The notes under the pieces are model-generated. The model was not told the DNA's origin, made no database searches, and was given only the letters and a program-made list of their open reading frames with translations. Source: an uncultured Verrucomicrobiae bacterium (lineage in GTDB: Bacteria > Verrucomicrobiota > Verrucomicrobiia > Chthoniobacterales > Chthoniobacteraceae). Taken from it: a stretch of 64,000 nt of DNA. The stretch lies in NCBI GenBank assembly GCA_963828525.1, contig CAWHEP010000009.1, positions 192,001-256,000 of the forward strand, read 5' to 3'. This document shows positions 10,740 through 20,700 of this stretch, one piece after another (the first letter of the stretch is position 1; each line of letters begins with the position of its first letter). The translations under genes and the position numbers were made by a program.

Positions 10740-11300
10740 GTGCGTCAACATGGGCAAACTTCATCGGGCCTGAGCGGGTCGCTGCTGATCGCGCATCCCA
10801 AACTGCTGGATCCAAACTTCCGGCGCACAGTCCTCTTCCTTTCAGCCAGCAGCGAGGAGGAGGGTTCCCTCGGTTTCATTTTGAACAGGCCAGCGGAGAA
10901 GACCGTTTCCGAGTTCCTTCCCGACAGCCCGCTCGGAGTCCTGGGCGCCGTTCCAGTGTTCCTGGGAGGCCCTGTGGGAACGGATCAACTCACTTTCGCC
11001 TGTTTTCAATGGAAAGCAGAAGAGCAAACGATTGAGTGCAAACCTCATCTCGTGCTCGATGAAGCGCGCGAAGCGCTGGCGAGTGGGGCGGGATCGGTGC
11101 GCGCGTTTATCGGTTACTCGGGTTGGGGAAAAGGACAGTTGGAGTCCGAACTCGCTCAGAAAGCGTGGGTCGTGCAGAAGCCTGATCGAGACATCCTTGA
11201 TCCTGAAAAATGCCTGGAGATATGGCCAGCCATAATGCGGAATTTCGGCCCTTGGTTTCGTTTGCTGGCCGCCGCTCCGGACGATCCTTCGCTCAATTGA
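10740..11300 (+). CDS. YqgE/AlgH family protein
   Basis: LLIAHP.LLDPNFRRTV, GFILNRP, FLGGPV, FIGYSGWGKGQLESEL, PDDPSLN. Confidence 0.9.
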   Translation: MRQHGQTSSGLSGSLLIAHPKLLDPNFRRTVLFLSASSEEEGSLGFILNRPAEKTVSEFLPDSPLGVLGAVPVFLGGPVGTDQLTFACFQWKAEEQTIECKPHLVLDEAREALASGAGSVRAFIGYSGWGKGQLESELAQKAWVVQKPDRDILDPEKCLEIWPAIMRNFGPWFRLLAAAPDDPSLN

Positions 11301-12370
11301 ACCGGTTCCGCCGAACGCTGCTTATAGGCGCGGCAGCATCGAGGCTATGCGCGCTGGGTTGCATGCTCTCGCTTTTTTGCGGCGCAGAGGCCCATGCTTC
11401 GCCGCTTCGCCTGGAGGAGGCCCGCGCGTATTCCGAACGCAAAGGCGGCATTTCGCTGCTCATCCTGCAGCATGATGAGACACTGCTGGAGGCGTATTCT
11501 CCCAATCATCGGGCAACAGATGCCAGCAAGATTTACAGCGGCACAAAAAGCTTCTGGGGAATCGCGGCAATGGTCGCGGTCTCCGAGGGAATCCTGAGCC
11601 TGGACGAGCCAGCTTCGGAAACTCTAGGGGAATGGCGCAATGATCCGAAGAAGAAGCAAATCACCATCCGGGAGCTTCTGAATTTCACGGATGGAATCGC
11701 GCCTGGCTTCATCCTTCACGGAGACTCGATCTCAGATCGCAACACGTACGCTATCTCGCTGCCTGTGGTGGCTCGGGAACGCAGCGCCTTCATCTACGGC
11801 CCGAGCCACCTGCAAATACTGTGTGAAGTCCTGCGCCGGAAGCTCGAGCGCCGGCGCGGCACACCTTACGGCTATCTACAAAGCCGCGTGCTTGATCCAC
11901 TGGACCTTGGCGACGTGCGACATATAGAAGATCGGGAAGGCAACCCTCTCATGGCCACTGGGTTCATGCTTACCGCGCGCCAGTGGGCGAGGCTTGGCGA
12001 TCTCATTCTGCACGGCGGCTTGTACCACGGCGCCCGCGTCGTTGATCGCGCTCTTTTGGAAGGATGCTTTCGCGGGACTGAAGCAAATCCCGCATTCGGG
12101 ATGGCTTTCTGGGTAAACCGCGAGGCAGGAAAACAGGGCGCCCGGGAGTTGGATGTCGAGAAGACGCTGGAACCTGACTGGCGCAGGGAGGATTGGCGAC
12201 GAGCCTGCATCTGTCGCGATGCCCCAGCGGATATGATTGTCTCGCTCGGATCCGGCTATCAACGCCTCTATGTCATCCCCTCGCTGGACTTGATAGTCGT
12301 TCGCCAGGGAGTAAACGCGGCATTTTCCGACGGGGACTTCCTAAGAATTCTCCTCGGCCGGAGCCGGTGA
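11297..12370 (+). CDS. Serine hydrolase, beta-lactamase/AmpC-like family, probably exported
   Basis: SxxK motif (SGTK), ITIRELL, GSGYQRLYVIPSLDLIVVR; TTG start overlapping the upstream stop gives an RRTLL leader (alternative start 11363). Confidence 0.85.
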   Translation: MNRFRRTLLIGAAASRLCALGCMLSLFCGAEAHASPLRLEEARAYSERKGGISLLILQHDETLLEAYSPNHRATDASKIYSGTKSFWGIAAMVAVSEGILSLDEPASETLGEWRNDPKKKQITIRELLNFTDGIAPGFILHGDSISDRNTYAISLPVVARERSAFIYGPSHLQILCEVLRRKLERRRGTPYGYLQSRVLDPLDLGDVRHIEDREGNPLMATGFMLTARQWARLGDLILHGGLYHGARVVDRALLEGCFRGTEANPAFGMAFWVNREAGKQGARELDVEKTLEPDWRREDWRRACICRDAPADMIVSLGSGYQRLYVIPSLDLIVVRQGVNAAFSDGDFLRILLGRSR

Positions 12371-12391
12371 CGGGCTTTCAGCCAGCCGTCT

Positions 12392-12772
12392 TTAAGCGGC
12401 AAAGCTCTCGCCACAGGAGCAATGAGCCACCGCGTTAGGGTTTGTCACTTTAAAGCCGCCCTTCTGCAAATCATCGCTGAAGTCCAGCAGAGAGCCACTG
12501 ACAAAAAGCGCGCTCTTTGGATCGACGACGACGCGAACCTTGGACGACTCGACCATGATATCCCGGTTCGCGGGCCCATCCACCAAATCCATTTTATACT
12601 GCAGGCCGGAGCAACCGCCCCCTATGACCGCGATGCGAAGAGCGCCCCCGGGGCGGCCCTGCCGGCTGAGCAATGAACTCAGCTTCGTGGCGGCAGGCTC
12701 CGACACCTTAACGAGCTTTTCCGTTCCTACCTTAAAGCTGATCTGTGGTTTTGCCGGCTGATTCTCTGTCAC
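12392..12772 (-). CDS. A-type Fe-S carrier (HesB/IscA family), second paralogue
   Basis: GGGCSGLQY, VVVDPKSALF, NPNAVAHCSCGESF. Confidence 0.92.
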   Translation of the reverse strand: MTENQPAKPQISFKVGTEKLVKVSEPAATKLSSLLSRQGRPGGALRIAVIGGGCSGLQYKMDLVDGPANRDIMVESSKVRVVVDPKSALFVSGSLLDFSDDLQKGGFKVTNPNAVAHCSCGESFAA

Positions 12773-12804
12773 TGCGCCCTACATTACGGGCGCAATCCCC
12801 ATGG

Positions 12805-13797
12805 TCAAGCGGCGCTGCTCAGCAGCTCCGCCTCGTCCATCATGTGCGCCCCGCGGATATCGTCCAGTTCCATGATCGACCCCACGTGCTGAAACTTTGC
12901 GCGGAGCGCTTTAGCGTCGCGCATCCCGCGGGAATACGCCATGAGGCGGGTTCTCATCGCATGCATGGCGGGACCTTCCGCCCCGCGCTTTTGAATCATC
13001 AGCGCGCAATGCCGGCGAATCAGGTTCCACTGCTCCAGCGTATTTGGGGGACGAATCGCGACTCCTGTCGCCAGGAAGTGTTTGATCTCCGCAAAAATCC
13101 ACGGCGAACACATGGCTCCCCGCCCGATCATGAGCCCGGCAACGGCGGTCTCCTTCAGCCGACGCGCGGCGTCCTCTGAAGAATTGATGTCTCCATTGCC
13201 GATCACAGGAATTGAGACGGACTGAGCAACAGCGGCAATTGTGTCCCAATCAGCCTCGCCGGAATATCCCTGCTCCTTCGTGCGTCCATGAACGGCGATT
13301 GCCTGGATCCCGGCGTCTTGCAGGGCGTTCGCGGTTTGGAGCGCGTTGATGCTATTGCGATCCCAGCCCAGTCGAATCTTCGCGGTTACGGGAAACGGAT
13401 GCACCGCTTTGACAACCCCGGCAGCCACTCTTTTCAGCAGCGGGCAATCCCGCAGCAAGGCCGATCCGCCGTTTTTGCAGACTACCTTGTTGACCGGACA
13501 GCCAAAGTTCAAGTCGATGAAGTCAGGTCTCGTCCACTCCATAGCCAGACGAGCCGCTTCGCCCATGCGCTCGGGATCACTGCCAAAGAGCTGGATACCC
13601 AAAGGGCGTTCCACTTCGTCGAATTCCAGGTACTCACAGGCGCGCTCGTTCCTCCGGACGATGCCTTCGCAAGACACGAACTCTGTCACCATGACATCCG
13701 CGCCCTGCTCCTTGCAAAGCTGCCGGAATATAGTGTCCGTGATCCCCGCCATCGGGGCGAGATAGAGAGGAGTCGCGTTTTTGAACCACGGAAGCAT
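12805..13797 (-). CDS. dusB: tRNA-dihydrouridine synthase B
   Basis: LAPMAGITD, IQLFGS, IDLNFGCP, TAKIRLG, AVHGRT, VIGNGDI, MIGRG. Confidence 0.92.
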   Translation of the reverse strand: MLPWFKNATPLYLAPMAGITDTIFRQLCKEQGADVMVTEFVSCEGIVRRNERACEYLEFDEVERPLGIQLFGSDPERMGEAARLAMEWTRPDFIDLNFGCPVNKVVCKNGGSALLRDCPLLKRVAAGVVKAVHPFPVTAKIRLGWDRNSINALQTANALQDAGIQAIAVHGRTKEQGYSGEADWDTIAAVAQSVSIPVIGNGDINSSEDAARRLKETAVAGLMIGRGAMCSPWIFAEIKHFLATGVAIRPPNTLEQWNLIRRHCALMIQKRGAEGPAMHAMRTRLMAYSRGMRDAKALRAKFQHVGSIMELDDIRGAHMMDEAELLSSAA

Positions 13798-13996
13798 AGG
13801 CAAGATATAATGATTGCCGAGCGCGGCGCATAAGCAAGCGCCCGAAGGACAAAACAGGAAGAGCTTGTGAATGCCGGGGATACATGGTTCAATTGGGCAC
13901 CTGGAGAACCGCTCTTTACGGGGCCGACGGTGGCGCTTTCGGCCGGTGCCTTTGAATGATTGACGGCTCCACTTTTTCGATACTCCTTCGCACCGA

Positions 13997-15535
13997 ATGA
14001 TCGACAAACTTGGGCACTTCGAGTTGCGAGATCAGATTGGCGAAGGCGGCATGGGGACTGTGTTCAAAGCGTTCGACCCTTCGCTTCAGCGGGATGTTGC
14101 CATAAAACTTTTGGACGGGAATCTGGCGCAAGACCCCACGTTTGTAGCGGATTTCATAAGGGAGGCTCAACACGCCGCGGCGATCAGTCATCCGCATATC
14201 GTGCAGATTTACTTTGTGGGAGAGGACGCCGGGAGCTTTTACATTGTGATGGAGCTGCTGACCGGGCGGTCCCTGGCTTGCATCTTCGAGCAGGATGGCC
14301 CTTTATCCGAACCGCTGGCGCTGTCGATCGCGCTGCAAATGGCGGAGGCTACAAAGGCCGCTTACGCGAAAAAGATGATCCACGGTGACATCAAGCCGCA
14401 GAACATCATCCTGACCGAGGAGCACGGCGCAAAGCTGCTGGATTTCGGTCTGGCAAAGCTGGCCCACATGGAAGACGAACCGGGGCGCGCATGGGGATCG
14501 GCGTATTACGTCTCTCCGGAGCGGGTGGGTCGGAAAGCTGAGGATTTTCGAAGCGACATGTACAGCCTTGGAGCAACGATCTTTGAAGCATTGACCGGGC
14601 GTCCGCCGTTCGAAGCGGAAACGATCGAGCTGCTTACCATGAAGCGGCTTGAGGAGGAGGCGCCGCTGTTGAGAAGCCGCAACCCGGCACTCTCCAAACA
14701 AACTGAAAAGATCCTGCAGCGGATGCTGGGAAGAACGCCCGAATCGCGCTACCCGAGCCATGATTCTTTGATTTACGAATTGCGAGAGGCCGAAGCCGCT
14801 GTCGCGAAAAGATCACGGGAGACTGCGGGGCGAAAGCGGGCTTACCCAATCAAGCTGGCAATAACCGCGATGTGCGCGGGGCTCGGCCTTGGATTCATCC
14901 TCCTGGCAAGGAAGAGTCACAAGGAGGCAGCCGTGATCAATCCGTCGCTCGGGGCGTCGCAGGAAGCGTCGCCCACGGGATCTTCGCCACGAGACAAGTC
15001 CCCCTCACCCGCCGGAATGGCCGTGGTTGCCACTCCTGAGCCGACAGCGGCAGCGACGCCGGTGGCAAGTCCCTCACCATCCTCACAGAATATCGCGGCA
15101 ACAAATCCCTCTCCGGCTATTTCACCCATGCTTTCGGCGACAACGGCCTCCGCTTCTCCAATCGCGCCGACAGGGACACCGATGCCCGAGCCTGCCGCCG
15201 CTACGCCTGAGCCGGCCGTTCCGCCAGCCCCTGAAACACCCTCAACTCCCGCCCCTCTCCCGACACCTGAAACCGTCGATGTCGCCGCGCTCGCATCCGC
15301 GCCAGGTGACTGGCCGAGAAACGTCACTCTTAAACAAGCGGTCACGTTCCCGGCGGTGGTGAATGGAACGGTTTCCGGTGAGGTGAAGCTGAGCGCCGGC
15401 ATGCAGGTTACCCTTACGAAAGTGAGCGCCGGAGCAGTTGACCTCGAGTTCCAGGGGGGCACCCAAAGCGTCCCGGTCGCCTCCACAGACCTTATCGAGC
15501 GGGTGTTAGCGGAGCGCAGGCGCAGGGGGCGCTAG
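13997..15535 (+). CDS. Membrane-spanning Hanks-type Ser/Thr protein kinase
   Basis: GEGGMG, VAIK, HGDIKPQN, DFG, SPE, SDMYSLG; TM helix, Pro/Ser/Thr linker and small C-terminal beta domain. Confidence 0.92.
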   Translation: MIDKLGHFELRDQIGEGGMGTVFKAFDPSLQRDVAIKLLDGNLAQDPTFVADFIREAQHAAAISHPHIVQIYFVGEDAGSFYIVMELLTGRSLACIFEQDGPLSEPLALSIALQMAEATKAAYAKKMIHGDIKPQNIILTEEHGAKLLDFGLAKLAHMEDEPGRAWGSAYYVSPERVGRKAEDFRSDMYSLGATIFEALTGRPPFEAETIELLTMKRLEEEAPLLRSRNPALSKQTEKILQRMLGRTPESRYPSHDSLIYELREAEAAVAKRSRETAGRKRAYPIKLAITAMCAGLGLGFILLARKSHKEAAVINPSLGASQEASPTGSSPRDKSPSPAGMAVVATPEPTAAATPVASPSPSSQNIAATNPSPAISPMLSATTASASPIAPTGTPMPEPAAATPEPAVPPAPETPSTPAPLPTPETVDVAALASAPGDWPRNVTLKQAVTFPAVVNGTVSGEVKLSAGMQVTLTKVSAGAVDLEFQGGTQSVPVASTDLIERVLAERRRRGR

Positions 15536-15545
15536 GGCAAAGAGC

Positions 15546-17784
15546 TCAAAGCGTCTTCACGACGATCCATGTCTTTTGCGTTCTGCCGGTAACCGGATCA
15601 GTCGCGGTAAGGACATGGCGTCCCTCTGTGAGGATCGCGCGCACTTTCCCGGCCTCGCTCTCAAACCGCAGCGAGTCGCTCCTCCAGGTGGTTCCAGGGG
15701 AGCCGTCTGTGGCAAGTGGCAATTCGTCGCTTCCCGGGAGATCAGGATCGAGAAAGAACGTGGAACCAGCGACGGGCCGAACAATACGGAGCCGACGGGC
15801 GCTGGCTGCAGGACTGGTAACCTCCTGGCCTGCCACCAAGGAGGCCTGGGATTGCAGCCACGCCGAGTATTCGGAGCCCAACCGCGCTCGCCCAGCAATG
15901 TCGTAATCAGCCGCGGATTCCAGAGGAGGGAGGGTATCATTCACAAACTTCTCGCGCACGGAAGCGGGTGATGGGCTGGCGAGCAGCTTCCCTGTGATGG
16001 GGTTTATCGCGCGCTCTACGACATTCGGCGGAAGCGCATACCAGGTCGTCCCGTAATGCGCGCGCAGAAAATCAAATATATCGTGGAGGACGGGCGCTGC
16101 TCCGGTGACACCCGAGACATGAGTCATGGGCGCGCCATCGAAATTGCCGGCCCAGACTCCGACCGTGAATTCTGGGGTGTAGCCGAATGCCCAATTGTCA
16201 CGGAAATCGGTGCTGGTGCCGGTCTTGCAGGCGACCGGGAAATCGAAAAGGAGGGCTGAATGCTCGCCGAAGGCATTTGAACGGGCACTATTGTCGCTGA
16301 GAATATCCGCTATAAGATACGAGGGACCCGCCTGAAAGACCCGAACAGAGGCGCTGGGAGCGCCGTTTTGCAGCAGACGCCATGGCCTGTAACTCACCAA
16401 GCCGGGCGAGGCAAGCGTAAGCGTTGGTCAGTTCCAGGAGACGCATCTCGGCATTGCCAATGGTGAGCCCGAGACCGTAACGCGCCGCCTTGCCATCAAG
16501 AGTCGTGATGCCGCAGGCTTGCAGGCGCTGTTGCAGCACAGCAGGACCTCCGATGGCATCCAAGACCTTAACCGCCGAGACATTCAAGGAATTTGCCAGC
16601 GCGATGCGGTAGCGGACCGGGCCGTAAAAGCGATGATCGTAATTCTCGGGGGAGTACGCTCCGGTTGATGTCGAAAACTCCACTGGAATATCCGCGACGA
16701 CGGACGAAGGAGTCGCGCCCTGTTCAAAGGCAAGCAAGTAAGTGAAGGGTTTGATAGTGGATCCGGGCGACCGCCTGGCCCACGCGCCATTCACTTGTCC
16801 TGACAAAGGGGCGTAGTAGTCAGCCGATCCCACGAGCGCCAGAACGTTCCCCGTCGCGTTTTCGATGACGACAACCGCTCCGTCGGACACGTGTTCATCC
16901 TTGAGGCGGCCAATACGCTCCCGCAGCCGCTGCTCGACCAGGCGTGTAAGAGGGAGGTCGAGCGTCGCGCGGGCAGAACCTCCGCGGAGTTCCGGGGAGT
17001 GTTGCAGCAGAAAATCCAGAAAATGGGGAGCTTCAAAGGCGAAGCGGAGCGGCACGGGACGAACATCCTCCGCGAGCGCCCGGCGAAAGTCGGGTTCGCG
17101 CAACGAACCGCCGGCGAGCATCCTTCCGAGCACCCAGGCTTGCCGCGCTTTTGCGCGGCCATAGTGAAGGTACGGGTTCAGGCGAGCCGGGGCCTGCGGG
17201 AGCGCGGCAAGGAAAGCTTCTTCCGCGGAGCTGAGGTCCGCGAGAGGCTTGTTGAAGTAGCACGCGGCGGCGGCGGCAACCCCGACGCGCATATTCCCAT
17301 AGCCAAGCCGGTTGAGGTATTCCTCCATGATCTTGTTCTTTGACCAGGCCTGCTCGAGGCGGATGGCGGTCAACGCTTCAATGAACTTTGCTAATACCGA
17401 TCTGCGCCGGGGACATGCCAGCTTAACGAGTTGCTCGGTGATGGTACTGGCTCCGGAGGTGATGTGGCCATGCCTAAGCAGGCCCGCCAACGAACGCGCC
17501 AGAGCGAGGGTATCGACGCCATGGTGATCCCAAAAGCGCTTGTCTTCGGCGGCGATGGTCGCGGCCACCATCCCGGGCGGGATCGATTGAAGCGGGGTGA
17601 AGCTTGCAAACCGATCTTTCCCCGCGAGCACCTGTCGCAGCGGCAACCCGGACCGATCCGTGAATTCAATACTGGCAGCGGGCGGGATCAGCAGAGCTGG
17701 CGGAATGGGCATCAAGCGGACGGCGATCCAACCAGCGATGAACAACACGGCGGCGATACCGCACCCGATCCTTGCAAGCCTCAT
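15546..17784 (-). CDS. pbpC: Penicillin-binding protein 1C, split by a frameshift near 16391
   Basis: Transglycosylase EDKRF.HHGVD and GASTITEQ; transpeptidase GSTIKPF, SLN, KTGTS; removing one T restores ...LARLGEYRPW...; adjacent to alpha-2-macroglobulin. Confidence 0.88.
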
Positions 17785-20700
17785 TACTTCAAGGGTTTGC
17801 TCCGCATCTCGATGGTCTCCGTCATTCCAAACCGCTCGGGGTGATACATTTCTTCGATGAGCGCGGCCGGAGCGACTGCCGAGCCAGCAGCGCGGACGCG
17901 AGCCAGATAGCGGATGGTGTAGCTGCCCGGTCCCGCATGGTCGGTGAAGAACAGGGCGCGGTCTTCGCGAAGCTCGCGAAAATCGGTTTGCCAGTCCGAC
18001 ATCATGGAGTCGCCCGCATCGGTGGCCTGAGACTTGAACGCGGGATTGGTCGCCTCAAGAATGGAAGGCAAGGGATCGGCAATGGCGAGGTAATGAGCAG
18101 GCGCGCGCACTTCGATCTTCAGCGTCACCAGAACCCGGTCGCCCACTTGCAGGTCTTTCGCTTCGGAAAGCGAGCCGTCGTCATTGAGCTTGGAATAGTT
18201 TCGCGCGATGCCGTATCCACGATCCTGCCTCGGCTGCAGGGCCACTCTGGGCCTGGCCTCCAGTCTCACTTGGGTGAAAAGAAGAGCCTTCCGCGGATTT
18301 TTTAAATCCAAGGCGGGTAGCGACGTATTGATCTTCTCCTGCTGAACATGGGTATGGATGTTGTCTTTGAGAGCGAAGTTGTTCGTTCGGGTTCCATATG
18401 TCAGCGAGCACTGCGCCGGCTGGGGCGCTCCCTCGACATCCTTGGCGTATTTTGCAAGCGCGAGGAGAGCCCATGCGTTCCCTTGGGTCGTAGTCCAGTG
18501 GCCGTGTTTATCCCGGGCGGCCAGCAGTTCCACCGCGAGAGTGTCCACAGCGGCATTTTTCGGGTCGAACGCCGTCCAGGCAAGCAGCTCAATAGCCAGC
18601 TCCCGCTGGCCGGAGCCGAAGAAAGCATCTGCCTGCGCGGGCAGCCGTTCACGAGGGTTGAGCAGTTCATCGACCATGTCGCGACTGCCGTGACTTTCAA
18701 GGATCGCGAGTGCCACGAGAGCGCGACTTTCGGCGGAAAGCAGAGTTCGCTTCTGGAAGAGCAACTCGTGGTAAGCGGGTTCCGCGCGCCCGGCAAGCGC
18801 AAGGGTGTAAACGGCAAGACAGCGATCAGCCAGTTCGTAGTTATCCCGCTTTGCGGCTGTGTCGCGAAGCTGACGGCCAAGATAGCCGCACAGTTTATCG
18901 AGAATAGCGACAGGGATCGCGCGACCGTGCTGCCGGGCAAGCGCGAGCGCCATCCCTCCATACGCGCTTCCCCAGAGCATCGGTTGATTACCCCCCGGCC
19001 AGAATGAGAGGCCGCCTGAAGGAGTTTGCATCGAGATCAATCTGCGGACCCCACTGGCGATGGCGGCATCCGCGTCCTGCCGGGGTATCCTCAGCTCGGG
19101 GACAGAATTTCCCAGCTCACCCGACAAGATCCGAGGGAGCATCGTGGAAGCAGTCTGTTCAACACAGCCGTAGGGATACCTCATGAGGTAGCGAACGGCT
19201 TCGTTAAGCTGGCTTAAACGGGTGTTTGCCACCGTGGCAGTGAATTCTCCCGTTCCTTCAAGAAACTGGGGATTGGCATCCGCCAGCAGGTTTCGGTCAG
19301 CCTCGTTCGACCGCGCGATGAGCACTTCATGCAACAACGGGGCGGCGTAGCCGACGTTCAAAGTCGTTTGAATGGAGTCGCTAAACGGCTGCGCCGGGTC
19401 AGCGGGGTTCGATAAGCTTGCCTTCCATAACCATCGCGCCTCGCCGGCATTCTGAAACTCAACGGGAAAATCCATTTCGATGGAGCCATGCGCCGGAAGA
19501 TGGACGCTGGATTTATAGAGCGCCCTGTCGGAAGACGAAGTTTCAACGGCAGCTTTCTCATCCAGATTCACGCTCAGTTCCGCTTCTCCTTCGTTATCGG
19601 TGGTATTGTGCAATACCGCTCTCAGAATGGAGTGATCTCCAATATTCCCGAACCGGGGCAGCGCGGGTTCGAGTATGAGGGGCTTTTTCACCTCGAAACT
19701 CGAGTCTCCGCTGCCGAATTGACTGGTTGCGGTGTGCGCAACCGCAATCAAGCGGTACCGCGTGATGCTGTCCGGGGCGACGAAAGACGCCGTCACCTTT
19801 CCATCCGAATTCGTTCGCAAGCTGGAGTTCCAGAACGCGCAAGCCAGAAAATTATGACGCGGGTGACTTTCTTCATCCCCATAACCGCCGCCGCCGATCA
19901 CATACCCTTTATTTGAGAATGTGAGCTGTTCCGGATCTTCTGGAAGGAGCGACGGCAATGACAATCCGGTCTGCAGACGCAAGGGCCGGGCTCCCTCAAA
20001 CTCCGCAAAGGGATCCGGCGTTTTGTAACCCATGAGACTGAGCACGCCTTCATCAACAGCATAGAGAATCACCTCGGCATCCACCGCGGCAGCGCCCGTC
20101 CCATCTTTCGCCTCAGCGGTTACGCTCACGGTCTGGCCGGGCCTGTAGCTGGGCGAGTCCGGCTCCACGCGAACGGCTAGTTTTAGTTCGCGGCGTTCTA
20201 CATTTAGCTGACAGTAACCAAGGCGGTATTCGGGAGCCTTAATCTTACGCGCGCTTTCCTCGGAGCCGCGCACGAGCAAGACAGATACAAAGACATTCGG
20301 GGCGTCTACGGTCCCAAGGGGGATTTGTATGGAAGGAGCATTCCCCGCGAGGTCCGCTATGAAAGAGCGGTAAACGGTATCGCGCTCCACCGTGACCAGA
20401 GCCTTGCCGCTGATCGGAGTTTTGACGAGGATGGTGGCGCTTTCACCAGGCAGATAGCTGTGCTTGTCCGGCATAAGGTCGATCTGCGCTTCATTGGGGT
20501 AAGGCCAGGTTGTACGCTCTTTTTTCGCGGACGCAGCGACGCTAAAGCGGGTCGAGGCGCGAACAGGGCGTCCACCGGCATCGCGGGCCTCGGCTTCGAT
20601 GATGTAATCGCCGGCTTCCAAAAGGTTGAAAGCGCTCGCGTCTTCCGAATTCAATGCCCAATGCGCCCCCTCCTTGTGGACAGGGATTGTCGTCGCTTGC

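Noticed and set aside
14940..15270. Low-complexity Pro/Ala/Ser/Thr coding stretches (also about 6870-7150 and 44165-44320)
   Set aside because: Protein linkers, not DNA tandem repeats or arrays
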